A stretch of DNA of 64,000 nucleotides, from NCBI RefSeq assembly GCF_006345805.1, contig NC_043008.1, positions 65,410,001 through 65,474,000 of the forward strand, given 5' to 3'. The translations under genes were made by a program, and so were the position numbers. The stretch's first letter is position 1; each line of letters starts with the position of its first letter. A model generated the notes under the pieces. It made no database searches. It saw nothing but the letters and a program-made list of their open reading frames with translations, and was not told the DNA's origin. This DNA comes from Octopus sinensis. Taxonomy: Eukaryota. Positions 27,780 to 39,685 of the stretch are shown piece after piece.

Positions 27780-28065
27780 GGCTTCTCTCTCAATATACAC
27801 CTCTTATTCTTGTTATCTCTTTCTCTCTATCTTTCTCTCCCTTTCCACTCCTCTCCTTGTTTTAGTCATGTCTCACAATCTCGTCTCTCTTTTTGTATCG
27901 CACTTCTCACATTAACTCTCTATCTCTATCTCTCCCCTTTATTTTCTCTCCCTCCATTATGTATCTCACGTTCTTACTCTCCTCCCACATTTCTAAACTT
28001 TTTTTTACTCTCCTCGTACACATCTAAACTTATTTTCTCCCGCTGTTATTTCTCTCTCCTCAATC
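27780..28065. repeat. Pyrimidine-rich (CT) low-complexity tract
   Basis: Seen directly. Confidence 0.75.
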
Positions 28066-28859
28066 ACAGAGTTTCGAGTAAGACTGAACATATGGAAAAT
28101 AAGCAAATACATCAGGTGCACTAAACCACAAAAAGGGCCTACACTGTTCTCCTATCCATGCCAAGCAAATTCTGCCTACGAATTGCTTTAAATATGCAAG
28201 TGTTTGTGAAATACGCATCCATTTACACTCTAGTGCAATATGGTGGGAGCTTATTTGATCAAACAAATGCAATACTTATCATCGTCGAAACCAACGTAGA
28301 TCCATTCAATTCATGATAAGTGCGTTCGTGTCAGGTACATATGTATCTGAGTATGCGCGTTTGTTCTGCACAAGGCGTGTATGTTCGTTTCTATATGCGT
28401 ATGCCAAATATATGGTATGTGCTTTCATATTGCTGTGCGTGTGTACATGTTTATGTGCGTGTGTGCACGTGTGAGTGTGAGCGCATGTGTGTGTGTGAGG
28501 GCGCACATGTCTGTGCGCGCGCTAGCGCGTATGGTTGTACGTATAGTTGTATGTGCGTGTGTTTGGTAAGCAAAATGTAACAGAGGAGTGTGGCGGCATA
28601 TCGATGCCAACAAAGAAGCGAAGTGAAAGCCAAGAGATTTAACCGAATTATTACGTTAATCTATCGAATTCTACACAGTACTCTGAGTGCAGTTTTATTC
28701 CTTTGGTGCCACATGGGAAATTTTGGTAAAGATATTCAGAATATGTTTACTGTAATATTTATCAGGTTTTGCACTTAGGCAGGCGAAACTGTTTCAATAT
28801 TTTTCGCAGTCCGCTGTTGTATAGTAATTAGATATTTTTAGAAAATTAATATTTAAGAA

Positions 28860-29526
28860 AAATGACAGAAATAGCGGAGAGACTACAAGAAGAGAAAGGC
28901 TGGAAAAGGAGAGTGAAGAGAGAAGGAGGAGGGAAAGAAGGGAAAATGAAGGAGGAGCGAAAGAGGGAGAGTGATGGAAACCGAAAATAGGAAAGTGAGA
29001 GGAGGAGAAGGAGCTAAAAATGGTGAAAGATAGTGGGAGCGAAAGAGGATGAAAGATGGGTGGAAGGAAATGAAATAGGAAAGAGAAAGTGAATAGGAAG
29101 ATATGGAGGGTGAGATTCGAGGAGAAAGCCTGAGTGGTGGGAAGAGAGAGAAAGTTGATAGGAAATTATGAAAGTGGTAGAAGCAGTGAGAGTTACGAGG
29201 AGAGGAATTGAGGCCAGTGGGAAAAGAAAACTAATGGAAGAATGAGAAGGAGGTGAGTGAGGTAGAAAGAGAGAAACGCAAGTGAAAGAAAGAGAGATGG
29301 GCTGGAACTGAAAAAGGAAGAGACGTGAAGACTGAGAAAGACAGAGGGAAGGAAATGGAAGAAGAAAGACAGAAGGAGGGGGTATGTGAAGAAGAGAGAG
29401 ACAGAGAGCAAGCAATCTAGTGAAGGCAATAACACCAATAAAAGGGGGAGAAAATGCGATGGAGTTAAATTTATTCGCTAAGAGGAGGAAAGGTAGAGAT
29501 AGACAAGATGAGATAGTGAGACTGAG

Positions 29527-29557
<31 letters not shown>

Positions 29558-29570
29558 GTAGAGAGACAGG
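28860..29570. repeat. ~700-bp purine-rich (GA) low-complexity tract
   Basis: Seen directly; explains the 190-aa Leu/Ser/Phe ORF on the minus strand. Confidence 0.85.
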
Positions 29571-30049
29571 GTGCATATAATGACAATAAGCCAGTAGTGT
29601 ATTAGGGAAGCAATGAATGGGAAATATTGATTTCAAAGTTAAGCAACAAACCTGTTATTGTGAGAGAAGGGGTATTCTAATGAAGCCCTCAATAGATGAC
29701 TGGTACTTCGATTCGCTAATGTAGAAAGTACGAAAAATAGAACTCAAATTAGGTCTTGTGTAACAGCAGTAGCAGCAACAACAATATTAGCAGCCTTTAG
29801 GTGGAGTACGGACCTGTAATAAGTTGCAGCGAATATTATTCGCGAGCTCGAGAAAATGGAGGAAAAATAAAAAAAGGATGAAATGGTACTAGATGCCAGT
29901 TTTTGAACTGAAGATGGGATGGTCATATTTGGAGTGTCTTTTATCTTCGGTCCAACTGGTTTTCAATAATAACAACAACGAAGATGGAACACGCCAGAGA
30001 GATATCAAATATTTCAGTTAATTCAACTACATTAGCAATGCTTTCTTAT

Positions 30050-30520
30050 TTTGGCACATGGCCAGAAAATTTGAGAGAAGGGGAAATCGATTACATTCGA
30101 CCCCAGTACTCTGTTATTGTTCCGGAGAGGATGAAAGGCAAAGTCGATCTTGGCGAAATTTGAACTCAGAAAGTGAAAGTCGGAAGAAATGACGCAAAGT
30201 ATTTTATCCGGCATACTAACAATTATACCAGCTGACCACCTTAACAATAATGCTTTTAAATTTGGGCACGAGACCAGCAAGTTCAGGAGAAGAAGTGAGC
30301 TGAACTTATTTTATTGGCCCCGAAAGAATGAAAGGCACATTTGAACTCGGCGCAATTTGAACTTAGAACTTAATGATGGATAAAATGCCGCTAAGCATTT
30401 TGCTCAGCATACTAAAGATTTTGCCAGCTCACCAACTTAACTATAGGTACAAGGCATGAAATTTTGGGGTGGGGCTAAATGATAAAAATGTACTGGTACT
30501 TGTTTTATCGACCCCGAAAT
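30050..30520 (-). mobile_element. Tandem array of family A SINEs (two copies plus a partial third)
   Basis: Three successive cores: ggatgaaaggcaaagtcgatct, gaatgaaaggcacatttgaact, tttatcgaccccgaaa. Confidence 0.8.
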
Positions 30521-31188
30521 GTCAATTAAAGCTATAAGAATTAGAAAAGCTACAATCGTAACAACATCAACGTTAAAACAGCTACGACACAACAACAACA
30601 TGAATGCACTTGAACTGCTCAAAAAAAGCCTGCTTACGTACCTTAGATCACAACTTATTAAAGCAATAGTAAGGATGGTTAGTTCTAAGTTTAGGTTACG
30701 ACAACTACCAGTACTATAACTACTACTACTTACTCAACAACTGATCAACAACAAGAATGACAACAATTAGAGAAGCAACAACAATTAAACGGGCAACCAT
30801 GGCAGTAATAATAACAGCAGCAACAACAAGAGGAACAGCTGCAGCAACATTGGGAAGACGAGCCGTAATAGAAACAGTAACAAAACAACGCCAGCAGTAA
30901 CAATGGTTTCAAAATTATAGACAGAGGTCCGGCAGCCTTTGAAGGGAGATGGAAGTTGATCGGCTGTACGGAATGTCGTTAAGCATTTGTCCGGCGGGCG
31001 TACGATTTTGCCAGCTCACTGTTTTCAAAATATTTCTACTATAGGAAAGATTGAAAGCTGGCATAATCGTTAATACGGTAGGTGAAATGCTTGCCGGTAT
31101 TTTGTACGTCTCTATGCACTGAGCTCAAATTCCGCCGAGATCGACTTTACCTTTCATCATTCAGGGGTTGATAGAATAAATAGCAGTT

Positions 31189-31371
31189 CTATATTTAAGA
31201 GATGAGGAATTATGTACATTATTTATATTAATTATATTATTTACATTCAACGGATATTTGTCCTCATCTTGCTTGTTGTTAACAACTTTTCGGCTGATAT
31301 ACCCTCCAGCCTTCTTCAGGTGTCTTGGGGAAATTTCGAACCTGGGTTCTCATTCCTAAAGTATTTCTCGG

Positions 31372-31419
<48 letters not shown>

Positions 31420-31695
31420 CATCATCATCATCATCATCATCATTGTTATTGTTCAGGGCACTGCTTGGAATCGAACTCGGAATCTTGGGGTTAGCAGCCC
31501 GCACTCTTAACCACTACACCATATACCCTTGGGCATATGGCGTAGTGGTTAACATTAGGAATGAGAACCTAGATTCGAAATTTCCCCAAGACACCTGAAG
31601 AAGGCTGGAGAATATATCAGCCGAAACGTTGTGTTAACAACAACCAAGGTGAGAACAAATATCCGTCGAATGTAAATAATGTTAATAATGTAAAC
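31189..31695. mobile_element. tRNA-headed, hammerhead-tailed retroposon in head-to-head inverted arrangement
   Basis: Minus unit 31528 to 31189: tRNA-like head (A box TGGTGTAGTGG, B box GAGTTCGATTCC), (GAT/AAT)n, then a tail with a hammerhead-like core. Plus unit 31531-31695: 22-nt head start fused to the same tail. Arms 31242-31359 and 31555-31674 are reverse complements. Confidence 0.85.
31590..31635 (+). ncRNA. Minimal type I hammerhead ribozyme (palindromic stem III, predicted dimer-active)
   Basis: GACAC-CTGAAGA-A-GGCTG(gagaatatat)CAGCC-GAAA-C-GTT/GTGTT. Core CUGANGA and GAAA intact; stem I GACAC/GTGTT; stem II 5 bp; stem III reduced to the palindrome AACGTT; predicted cleavage after GUU (31630). 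Activity is not demonstrated. Confidence 0.75.
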
Positions 31696-31789
31696 AAATA
31701 CCAGTTGAACATTGCGGTTGATATAATCGACTTACCCCTTCCCCGACAATGCTGGCCTTGTGCCAAAATTTTGAGCCAGTATTCTAGTA

Positions 31790-31981
31790 TTAGCACAGGA
31801 AGGAAGGGTCTAGCCGATTACATCAACTCTGGTGCTTCACTGGTACTTATCTTATCGACCCCGAAAAGATGACAAACAAAGTCGACTGCGGCGAATCTGA
31901 ACGTAGAACGTACAGACGTAGAACGAAATGCCGCTAAGTATTTTGCCCGGCGTGTTAACTATTCTGCGACTCGTCACCTCC
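31790..31981 (-). mobile_element. Family A SINE
   Basis: ctggtacttatcttatcgaccccgaaaagatg..ccgctaagtattttgcccggcgtg. Confidence 0.75.
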
Positions 31982-32560
31982 GGCGATACTGATAATAGCA
32001 AATCAATAGCAGCAGCGACACAAACAATAGAAGCTACGACTCACAGACACACATATACATCCTGCTTACATTAATACACAAAAATAAATAAAAATTTAGA
32101 TTTACAATTAAGACACATAGAATTAAGATTGGTATATATTGACTTACTGTTTTTAACTATTAATTGGTTTAATGGTTAATGATTTAACCAATACCAGATG
32201 GTGTTAAACATTAATTAGCACTAATTACTCAAACTGAAGTAGTATTCCAAACTGATGTTTATATTAACGTCAATTATCTTCTTGTTGCTTAAAATATATT
32301 TTACCGCCATCACCATTGTTAGCTTCTTGATAAAATTATTGCCTTTATGATCAACATCATCATCATTGCGCATTGCCGACTCAACAACATGAATCAAAAC
32401 ACCAATGTAAGAGGAAACTCTATCTGGTCGGTCGGCCTGCTAAAATGTGTAACTGCATTCCTTCAGATAACAGCAAATGTTTATCAAAAGACAACAACCT
32501 GGATCATATGCATGTAGTGCGTGAGAAAGCATGTGAGAGAGAGAGAGAGATAGAGAGAGA

Positions 32561-32840
32561 GAGAGGCATATAGCCTAGTGTCTAGAGTGTGCACTCATGA
32601 TCGCGACATCGTGGTTTCAATTCCTCGATCGAGTGACGCGTTGTGTTCTTGAGCGAAACACTTCCTCTCACGTTGCTGTGCGAGCACTTCGACACGTGAC
32701 GCGTAGCACACCGTGCATCTATTCAGGCAACGGTATGCAGTTCGTTCCACGTAGATAAAATACGGTATTTTACAGCTATGATGTCTTTGATCATTAAACT
32801 GCCTCATTACGGCTTACGTGGGGTTAAAAACGACAACAGC
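32561..32840 (+). mobile_element. tRNA-derived SINE (family C-related)
   Basis: gaggcatatagcctagtgtctagagtg..ggtttcaattcctcgatc..cttgagcgaaacactt. Confidence 0.65.
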
Positions 32841-33464
32841 AATAATGACAGAAACATGAACCGGTGAGAAACTTTACTTTAGTTTTACGATCTGTTTAAT
32901 ATTAAAGGGAAATGTAAACTATTTTAAGATATTTAGTCCCCCTTTCTATAGAGGTTCAAGTGAAAGATTTAAGTATTGTATATCTCTGCTATGGCCAACA
33001 CGAGAATCTAACGATTATAGAAATGCCGAGGACTACACAGCAGAGAGAGAAAGAAGAGAGCGAGTAAGAGGAAGGAGGGGGAACTTGAGGACCGGGGAGG
33101 GTAAACGAAGAGAAAGAGAATGGTGAGAGAGGAGAAGAGAAGAGAGTGAGAGAGGGAGAGTTAGTAAAGTGATGAAGACAGGAGTAAGAGAGAAGGGAGA
33201 ATGTCAACACGTTCAGACTGATATATAGAATATTGTAACCCGTGTCAGTAAAAATTATGTTTGGAGAAGACACGTTATCTGAAATTAAGGCCCTGCAGTG
33301 CACATCTAAACATTTGAACGGTCATAGCTTTTGTTATCAAGTAATGTTGATTTATGACTACAAAACATCAACAAAATCACATTGAAATTGACGACGACTT
33401 CTTCATACGAGCGAGTTAATACAGATTAACTACAGCCTCCACTAAAAAAACTGATATTAGTTTC

Positions 33465-33665
33465 AAATTTTGGCTCAGGGCCAGCAATTTGGAGGGAGAT
33501 GGCACATCGACTAGATCGACCCCAGTGATCAACTGGTATTATTTTATCGACTCCGAAAGAATGATATTCAAAATCAATCTCGGTGAAATCTGAACTCAGA
33601 ACGTGAAGATGAATGAAGTGCCGCTGAGCATTTCTCCGACGTGATAAGCACTCTGTCAGCTCTCA
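33465..33665 (-). mobile_element. Family A SINE
   Basis: gatcgaccccagtg..ttttatcgactccgaaagaatg..gaactcagaacgt..ccgctgagcattt. Confidence 0.75.
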
Positions 33666-34042
33666 CACTTGATTTGCACCAGAAATATTACAAGATGATT
33701 TACACTCAACGAAAACTGATAATAATTTTCAATTATAGGAAATTTAGAAGATGCATCTAACGCCCACAACTGCTTAATTCCATTCAGTACCTGTAAACTG
33801 ATTAGGGTTCCAACTATGCCAGATGATGCATTGTACGATCTGAGGTTATTGCGTGCATTTATTTGGGATGGTGCGTTTTTGTGCATCACCAACAAGATTT
33901 TCAACTACAATCACCGGTCTCTTCGCTAATACCTTGTCCAAAATTTAAAACGCTACGTTTAGCAAAGTTATTAACTAATTTTTTAAAGTTTATCCGCGTT
34001 GTTTGAGACCTTTCTTAGCAGTTCTACTACTCCTAGACTCAC

Positions 34043-34254
34043 ACGACAGGGATTTCTTCCGTTCTGCTGCTAGTAGCGGTAGATATCTTCCAAGAAGCAT
34101 CAAAGAAATATAGCACAGAAATGTAAATCTCGTACAGCAGACCATTAAACCAGACAATTTGATCCCTGAGCAGCCAATCATTGCTTTCTGTATTTCCAGT
34201 TCGATTATTGGCTTTCTGCAACATTACGTCATCTTTACTTAGAGTCGCAGCAGT
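34043..34254 (-). CDS. Candidate internal exon D of an unidentified minus-strand gene (212 nt, phase 0 to 2)
   Basis: cactaaatatctcgacag|ACT..CGT|gtgagt; open frame TAATLSKDDVMLQKANNRTGNTESNDWLLRDQIVWFNGLLYEIYISVLYFFDASWKISTATSSRTEEIPV. No homology recognised. Confidence 0.4.
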
Positions 34255-35439
34255 CTGTCGAGATATTTAGTGAAGTGCATCCTACATATACAACCTATAA
34301 TGTTGAGTGAAAGGCTTCTAAAATGCCAATAAGGTTAGCAAAAGATCGAATTGTGTATCTATTTGCATGTTGCGTCTCCGCCACTCAGACCCATCGCACA
34401 CATTTCGTCGCTATTAGTTGTAGTTATGATGATAATGGTTGACAAGCTGTTGGTGGTAGTGGTGACGGTATCCGTAGTGTTGGTGCTGTTGTTGTTGGAG
34501 ATGGCTTTTGTGTCTTGTTTTGGGGAGGTTCTCTCCGTGTGAACCTCCCTGCTACCCAACTTTCTTGCCATGTCATCTGCTATCTTTGCTTAGATTTTAT
34601 TTCTACGGTGTTGTATGTAGCATCTCTCAATTGTTTTTCTTTAGCTGGACTAAGGGACATTCAATCTGATTTTGTGACCATATTTTTTAAAGAATGCTTT
34701 TTGCCTTTATTAATTCGCTTGCTGAGACTGAATTTCTTCTTGTACTCAGTGAGCAGCTTTAACGAAATCAGCGATGAAGGAATGACATACTGTGTCTTCT
34801 TTCATTGTGGTTGTGATGGTAGAGGTGGAAATTACTGGTATGTTGAGCGGACTGTGTAAACTGTTGTTTATATATTCATACTCATCCTTTGTATTGTTGT
34901 TGTGTTCATGTTCGTCTTTGTTTCTTTTGTTCCTTTCAATTGCCTTGTTGTTCTTGTTGTTTATGCAAGCAATATTTCGGTAGATTGCTGCAGTGGTCAC
35001 AGTGACGATAGTGGTGAGTGATAACAATGGCATACCATTGTCGCATCAGCTAGTTTAATATTCATTTTCATTTCACTCTATTCATTTAACAATTGACGCG
35101 ATTTTTATTATCTGTTTACAATGGATACAGTTTGGAAAAATTGAAAAAGGGAAAAACAAATGCAAACCCGAAGGGCTGTAACTTAACGAAGCCAACTAGA
35201 CAGAAGAATAGCAAGCTGGCTTTTTAATGAGATAGTATAGCAAAAATACAAATAGTGTTCTTTAAAAGAACAAGCTGTGAGAATACCTGGGCAGGTTTGA
35301 ACAGAGCTGTCTCCATTGAAACTAAAACAGCAATAATAATTCTGCAGTATTTAAGAGGAGAAATGCTACTGTTTATTTGGTCTCGCATGCTAGTTATGCT
35401 GCCATTAATAATGATAAGTCTTTCTTCTTTAGTCCTGAA

Positions 35440-35628
35440 ATTTTAGGGAAGGGATCTACTGAATTACATCGTCACCAATGCTCGACTGTTAATATTTCAT
35501 TTATCACGAAATAATGAATGGCAAATTAGAGCGCTCGGCAGAATTTGAACTCAGAACATAAAATCTAACAAAATGCAGCTAAGCATTCTGCCCAGCGTGC
35601 TTTATGATTCTTCCAACTCGCCGTCTTA
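35440..35628 (-). mobile_element. Family A SINE (degenerate)
   Basis: cggcagaatttgaactcagaac..gctaagcattctgcccagcgtgc..ctcgccgtctt. Confidence 0.7.
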
Positions 35629-35629
35629 A

Positions 35630-35830
<201 letters not shown>

Positions 35831-36272
35831 GATGTAACAGTACTCTGGGACATGCCAATCAACACCGATAAAGAAATCAAGGAAAACCAGCCGGACATAA
35901 TCATCAAAGATGGAAAGAATAAGAAATGCTTAATGACAGATGTGTCAGTACCATCAAAGAGAAATGTGTCATTAAAGAAGTTGAGCCGTTATTTAAGTAC
36001 AAAGACCTAGAAACAGAAGTGATCAAGATGTGGCGAATGAAAAGCAGAACAGCACCATTGGTGATTGGAACCTTGGGGCTAATTAAATAGTGCCTTGCTA
36101 AGCAGCTCAACAAACTCCTTTGCAGTGTTCAGGTGGGAGAACTTCAGAAAATAGTGTTGCTAGGTTCCGCACACATTTTACGCCGTGTACTCTCCATGAG
36201 ATGAGAACCTGCTGTGACTCTAGGGTCAAGGGATGACCCCGGTTCAGCAGAAGACAACAGGCCATATTTTAT
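35831..36272 (+). mobile_element. 5'-truncated R4/Dong-clade LINE: restriction-like endonuclease C-terminus plus 3' UTR, between (TAA)n tracts
   Basis: DVTVLWDMPINTDKEIKENQPDIIIKDGKNKKCLMTDVSVP..KYKDLETEVIKMWRMK..PLVIGTLG..LQKIVLLGSAHILRRVL* (stop 36202-36204): the PD-(D/E)xK RLE domain of R4-type LINEs. Confidence 0.9.
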
Positions 36273-36273
36273 T

Positions 36274-36340
<67 letters not shown>

Positions 36341-36351
36341 CAACAATATTC

Positions 36352-36565
36352 CTTCCTACTCTAGGCACGGGGCCTCTAATTTCGAGGGAGAGGAATACTC
36401 GATTACATGGAACCCAGTATTTCCCTGTTACTTAATTTATCGACCATCACAGAAGGAAAGGCAAAGTTGACCTCGGTGGAATTTGAACGCAGAACGTAGC
36501 GACAGACGAAATACCGCTAAGCATTTCGTCCAGCGTGCTTAACGACTCTACCAGTTCTCCGTCAT
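36352..36565 (-). mobile_element. Family A SINE
   Basis: aaggcaaagttgacctcggtggaatttgaacgcagaacgtagcgacagacgaaataccgctaagcatttcg. Confidence 0.8.
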
Positions 36566-36659
36566 TCAACCCATCATGCCCGTTTGATTCCTGGGACGTA
36601 AAGAAAGAGAGCGAAAAAGAAAACAAAATACAATCCCTTAAAATTTGAAATAGGAAGAA

Positions 36660-36945
36660 TTTGGAGTATGAGATCATTAAAGGTCGCGTCTATAATATTT
36701 GGTGCGTTGGAAACAGTTGGCAAATATATAGATGAATAGCTGAAGGAGGTTCGAACAGAATGTCCGGAAGAACCCCTACAGAAAGATTGTCTCTTAGAGA
36801 CAGCAAGGATTATCAGGAGTGTTCTAAGTACTTGAAAAACAGGTGAAAACTTGTGGATATCTAAGGTTACATGTAGTAACCCGTACCCACATAAATCCAA
36901 CTAGGAATAAGACCGAATCAGAGCCAAACCAGAATAATAATAATA
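36660..36945 (+). mobile_element. Very short 5'-truncated R4/Dong-clade LINE 3' end with (TAA)n tail
   Basis: WSMRSLKVASIIFGALETVGKYIDE*..EEPLQKDCLLETARIIRSVLST*, then a UTR and aataataataataat. Confidence 0.8.
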
Positions 36946-37021
36946 ATCGTGATGATCATCATGTTGATAGTCATGATGATGAGGATAAAGATGATGCTCA
37001 TGATCATGATCATGATGATCT

Positions 37022-37168
37022 CAAATTTTGCACAAGCCCAGCAATTTAGGTGGAGGATATAAGTCAACTGGTACTTATTTTATCGATTCCGAAAGAAGGA
37101 ACCCGGCGGAATTTGAACTTAGAACGTGAGGACAGGCGAAATGCTGCTAAGCATTTCACCCGGCGAAT
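37022..37168 (-). mobile_element. Family A SINE (internally deleted)
   Basis: ctggtacttattttatcgattccgaaag..cggcggaatttgaacttagaacgt..ctaagcatttcacccggcg. Confidence 0.7.
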
Positions 37169-37181
37169 AATAATAATAATA

Positions 37182-37242
<61 letters not shown>

Positions 37243-37320
37243 AACAACAACAACAACAACAACAACAACAATAACAACAACAACAACAACAACAATAACA
37301 ACAACAACAGCAACAACAAG
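37168..37320. repeat. (TAA)n-(GAA)n-(CAA)n in-register triplet mosaic
   Basis: Seen directly. Confidence 0.95.
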
Positions 37321-37602
37321 GCGGAAGAAATTTCATTTGAAGGCCCACAACAGCCGCAAAATATATCAGTTGTACTTGGTTTATAGTCCACATATTTTTG
37401 CCGAACTTTTGTAAAATGCTGTGAAATTAAATCGCCCTCAGTGGTATTTGGTGAAAGATTAGTTATCTCAGTTAATTAGACATATGTCTGGAAGTGGTAA
37501 TCTAAATTTAATCACCAGTGACACTTACTGGATTACAGCCAAGAGAAAGTAACAAAAAAGAGAGAGAAATATGTATGGAAATTATTATTAATAAAGCAAA
37601 TA

Positions 37603-37657
<55 letters not shown>

Positions 37658-37700
37658 GTTGTTGTTGTTCTTCTTCTTCTTCTTCTGATTATTATTATTA

Positions 37701-37750
<50 letters not shown>

Positions 37751-37899
37751 GTATGGAAGATTTCCTCAGCTACCCCTTGAAAAGCCATACCTAATTAAAC
37801 AGCTAAATAAGCTTGTTTATATTTTCTATTTGACTTTTTTTTTACCGGGAGTAAAGGTTGTTTATTTTATCATCGGGTGTAGGTGCACGCACGCACACA

Positions 37900-37931
<32 letters not shown>

Positions 37932-38374
37932 TGCATACACACATGAACCTCCACCCGCACGCATCACGCGCGCACACACACAAACACATATTTACATCCA
38001 TGCATGGATTCATATGTGCATATACATATATATATAGAATACATTCATGTATATATACATACATGCATGTGTGTGTGCGTATGTGTGTGTGTGTGTGTGT
38101 GTGTGTGTTCGCTTGCGTTTGTGTAATCATACTGAAAGAAATATAAATTTAAACAAACAGGTAGAAACCAACGTGCACTCATATTAGGTACAGTAATTTA
38201 TACGCACGCAAGAATGTAGTGGGCCAGAAAATACAGCAAATACAGCAATGTATAAATCACGCAAACACGCGCACACTCTTGTATATAAATACATCTGTAG
38301 ACACTAAATTATGTTATTTTCATAATCTAATTTTTTATTTCAATGAACGATTTTATTAATTATTATTATTTTAA

Positions 38375-38832
38375 TCTTGTTGTTGTTGTTGTTGGTGCTG
38401 CTGTTGTTGTCGTTGTTATTGTTGTTGTTGTTGTTCTTCTTCTCTCCTCTTCCTCCTTGTTGGTGTTGTTCTTCTTCTTCTTGTTCTTCTTCTTCTTCTC
38501 CTCCTCCTTGTTGTTGTTGTTGTTGTTCTTCTCCTCCTGCTCCTCCTCCTCCTTGTTGTTGTTGTTGTTGTTCTTCTTCTTCTTCTTCTTCTCCTCCTTG
38601 TTCTTCTTCTTCTTCTTCTTCTTCTTCTTTCCCCCCTCCTCCTCCTTGTTCTTGTTCTTCTTCTTCTCCTCCCCCTCCTTCTTCTTATTCTTCTTGTTCT
38701 TGTTCTTCTTGTTCTTCTTCTTCTTCTTCTCCTCCTCCTCCTTGTTGCTCTTCTTCTTCTTCTCCTCCTCCTCCTCCTCCTCCTTCTTCTTCTTCTTCTT
38801 CTTCTTCTTCTTCTTCATCATCATCATCATCT
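38375..38832. repeat. (GTT/CTT/CCT/CAT)n in-register triplet mosaic
   Basis: Seen directly; yields four spurious low-complexity ORFs. Confidence 0.95.
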
Positions 38833-39215
38833 TTAGTCAGAAATCTGGCGCGATCGTTAACATGCGGTGTTAAATTCTTAACAGCATTTCGAACGTTTTT
38901 AGATTCCGAATTCAAATTCTACTGAGGTTGACTTTTCCTTTTTAATTTCTTTTCGGGGCCGATAAATTAAATGCCAATTGAGCCCTGAATTAAATGTAAT
39001 CGACAAAGCTCTGCCCACCAAATTTCCAGGCCTTGTATCTATAGTGGAAATTATTTCGCCCGTCGCTACGTTCAGTGTTCATATTCTGCTGCGGTCGACT
39101 TTGCATTTCATTCTTTCGGGGGTCAATGAAATAAATACCAGTTGAGCACTGGGGTCGATATAATCGACTTACTCCTATCCTGAAGTTGTTTGCTATGTGC
39201 CAAAATTTAAAATTA
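38833..39215 (+). mobile_element. Two tandem family A SINEs
   Basis: Two cores: ttcaaattctactgaggttgacttt..ttcggggccgataaa and gcggtcgactttgcatttcattctttcgggggtc. Confidence 0.8.
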
Positions 39216-39220
39216 TCATT

Positions 39221-39274
<54 letters not shown>

Positions 39275-39290
39275 TTATTATTATTATTAA

Positions 39291-39366
<76 letters not shown>

Positions 39367-39685
39367 TATTATTATTAATATTATAGACGTCGCACAGTAT
39401 ACTGATAGATATTGTGTCCACCACGGATTTGTACTGTTTGTACAGTCATACAGACAGAACTTTACGCAATATGCGTGTAGTTCCAAGTAATGCCAACTTT
39501 TTGTAATACACCTAGATTGTTGGGTATTTCTAAAGTTTTCCGATGTGTTTTTTAAGATACGGTGGTATTGAACTCAATACTCCGATGACAATAGGGATAA
39601 CATTTATTTTACTCTCGTAGCTGCCACATCTTAGCGATCTCAATTCTCAAGTCTCCATATTTATCAACCTTATTATTATTATTAT

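Larger units (their letters stand above)
31055..31790 (+). mobile_element. Family A SINE split by the 31189-31695 insertion
   Basis: 5' part ends ..ggggttgatagaataaatagcagtt; 3' part resumes aaataccagttgaacattgcggttgatataatcgactt..tgtgccaaaatttt. Confidence 0.8.
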
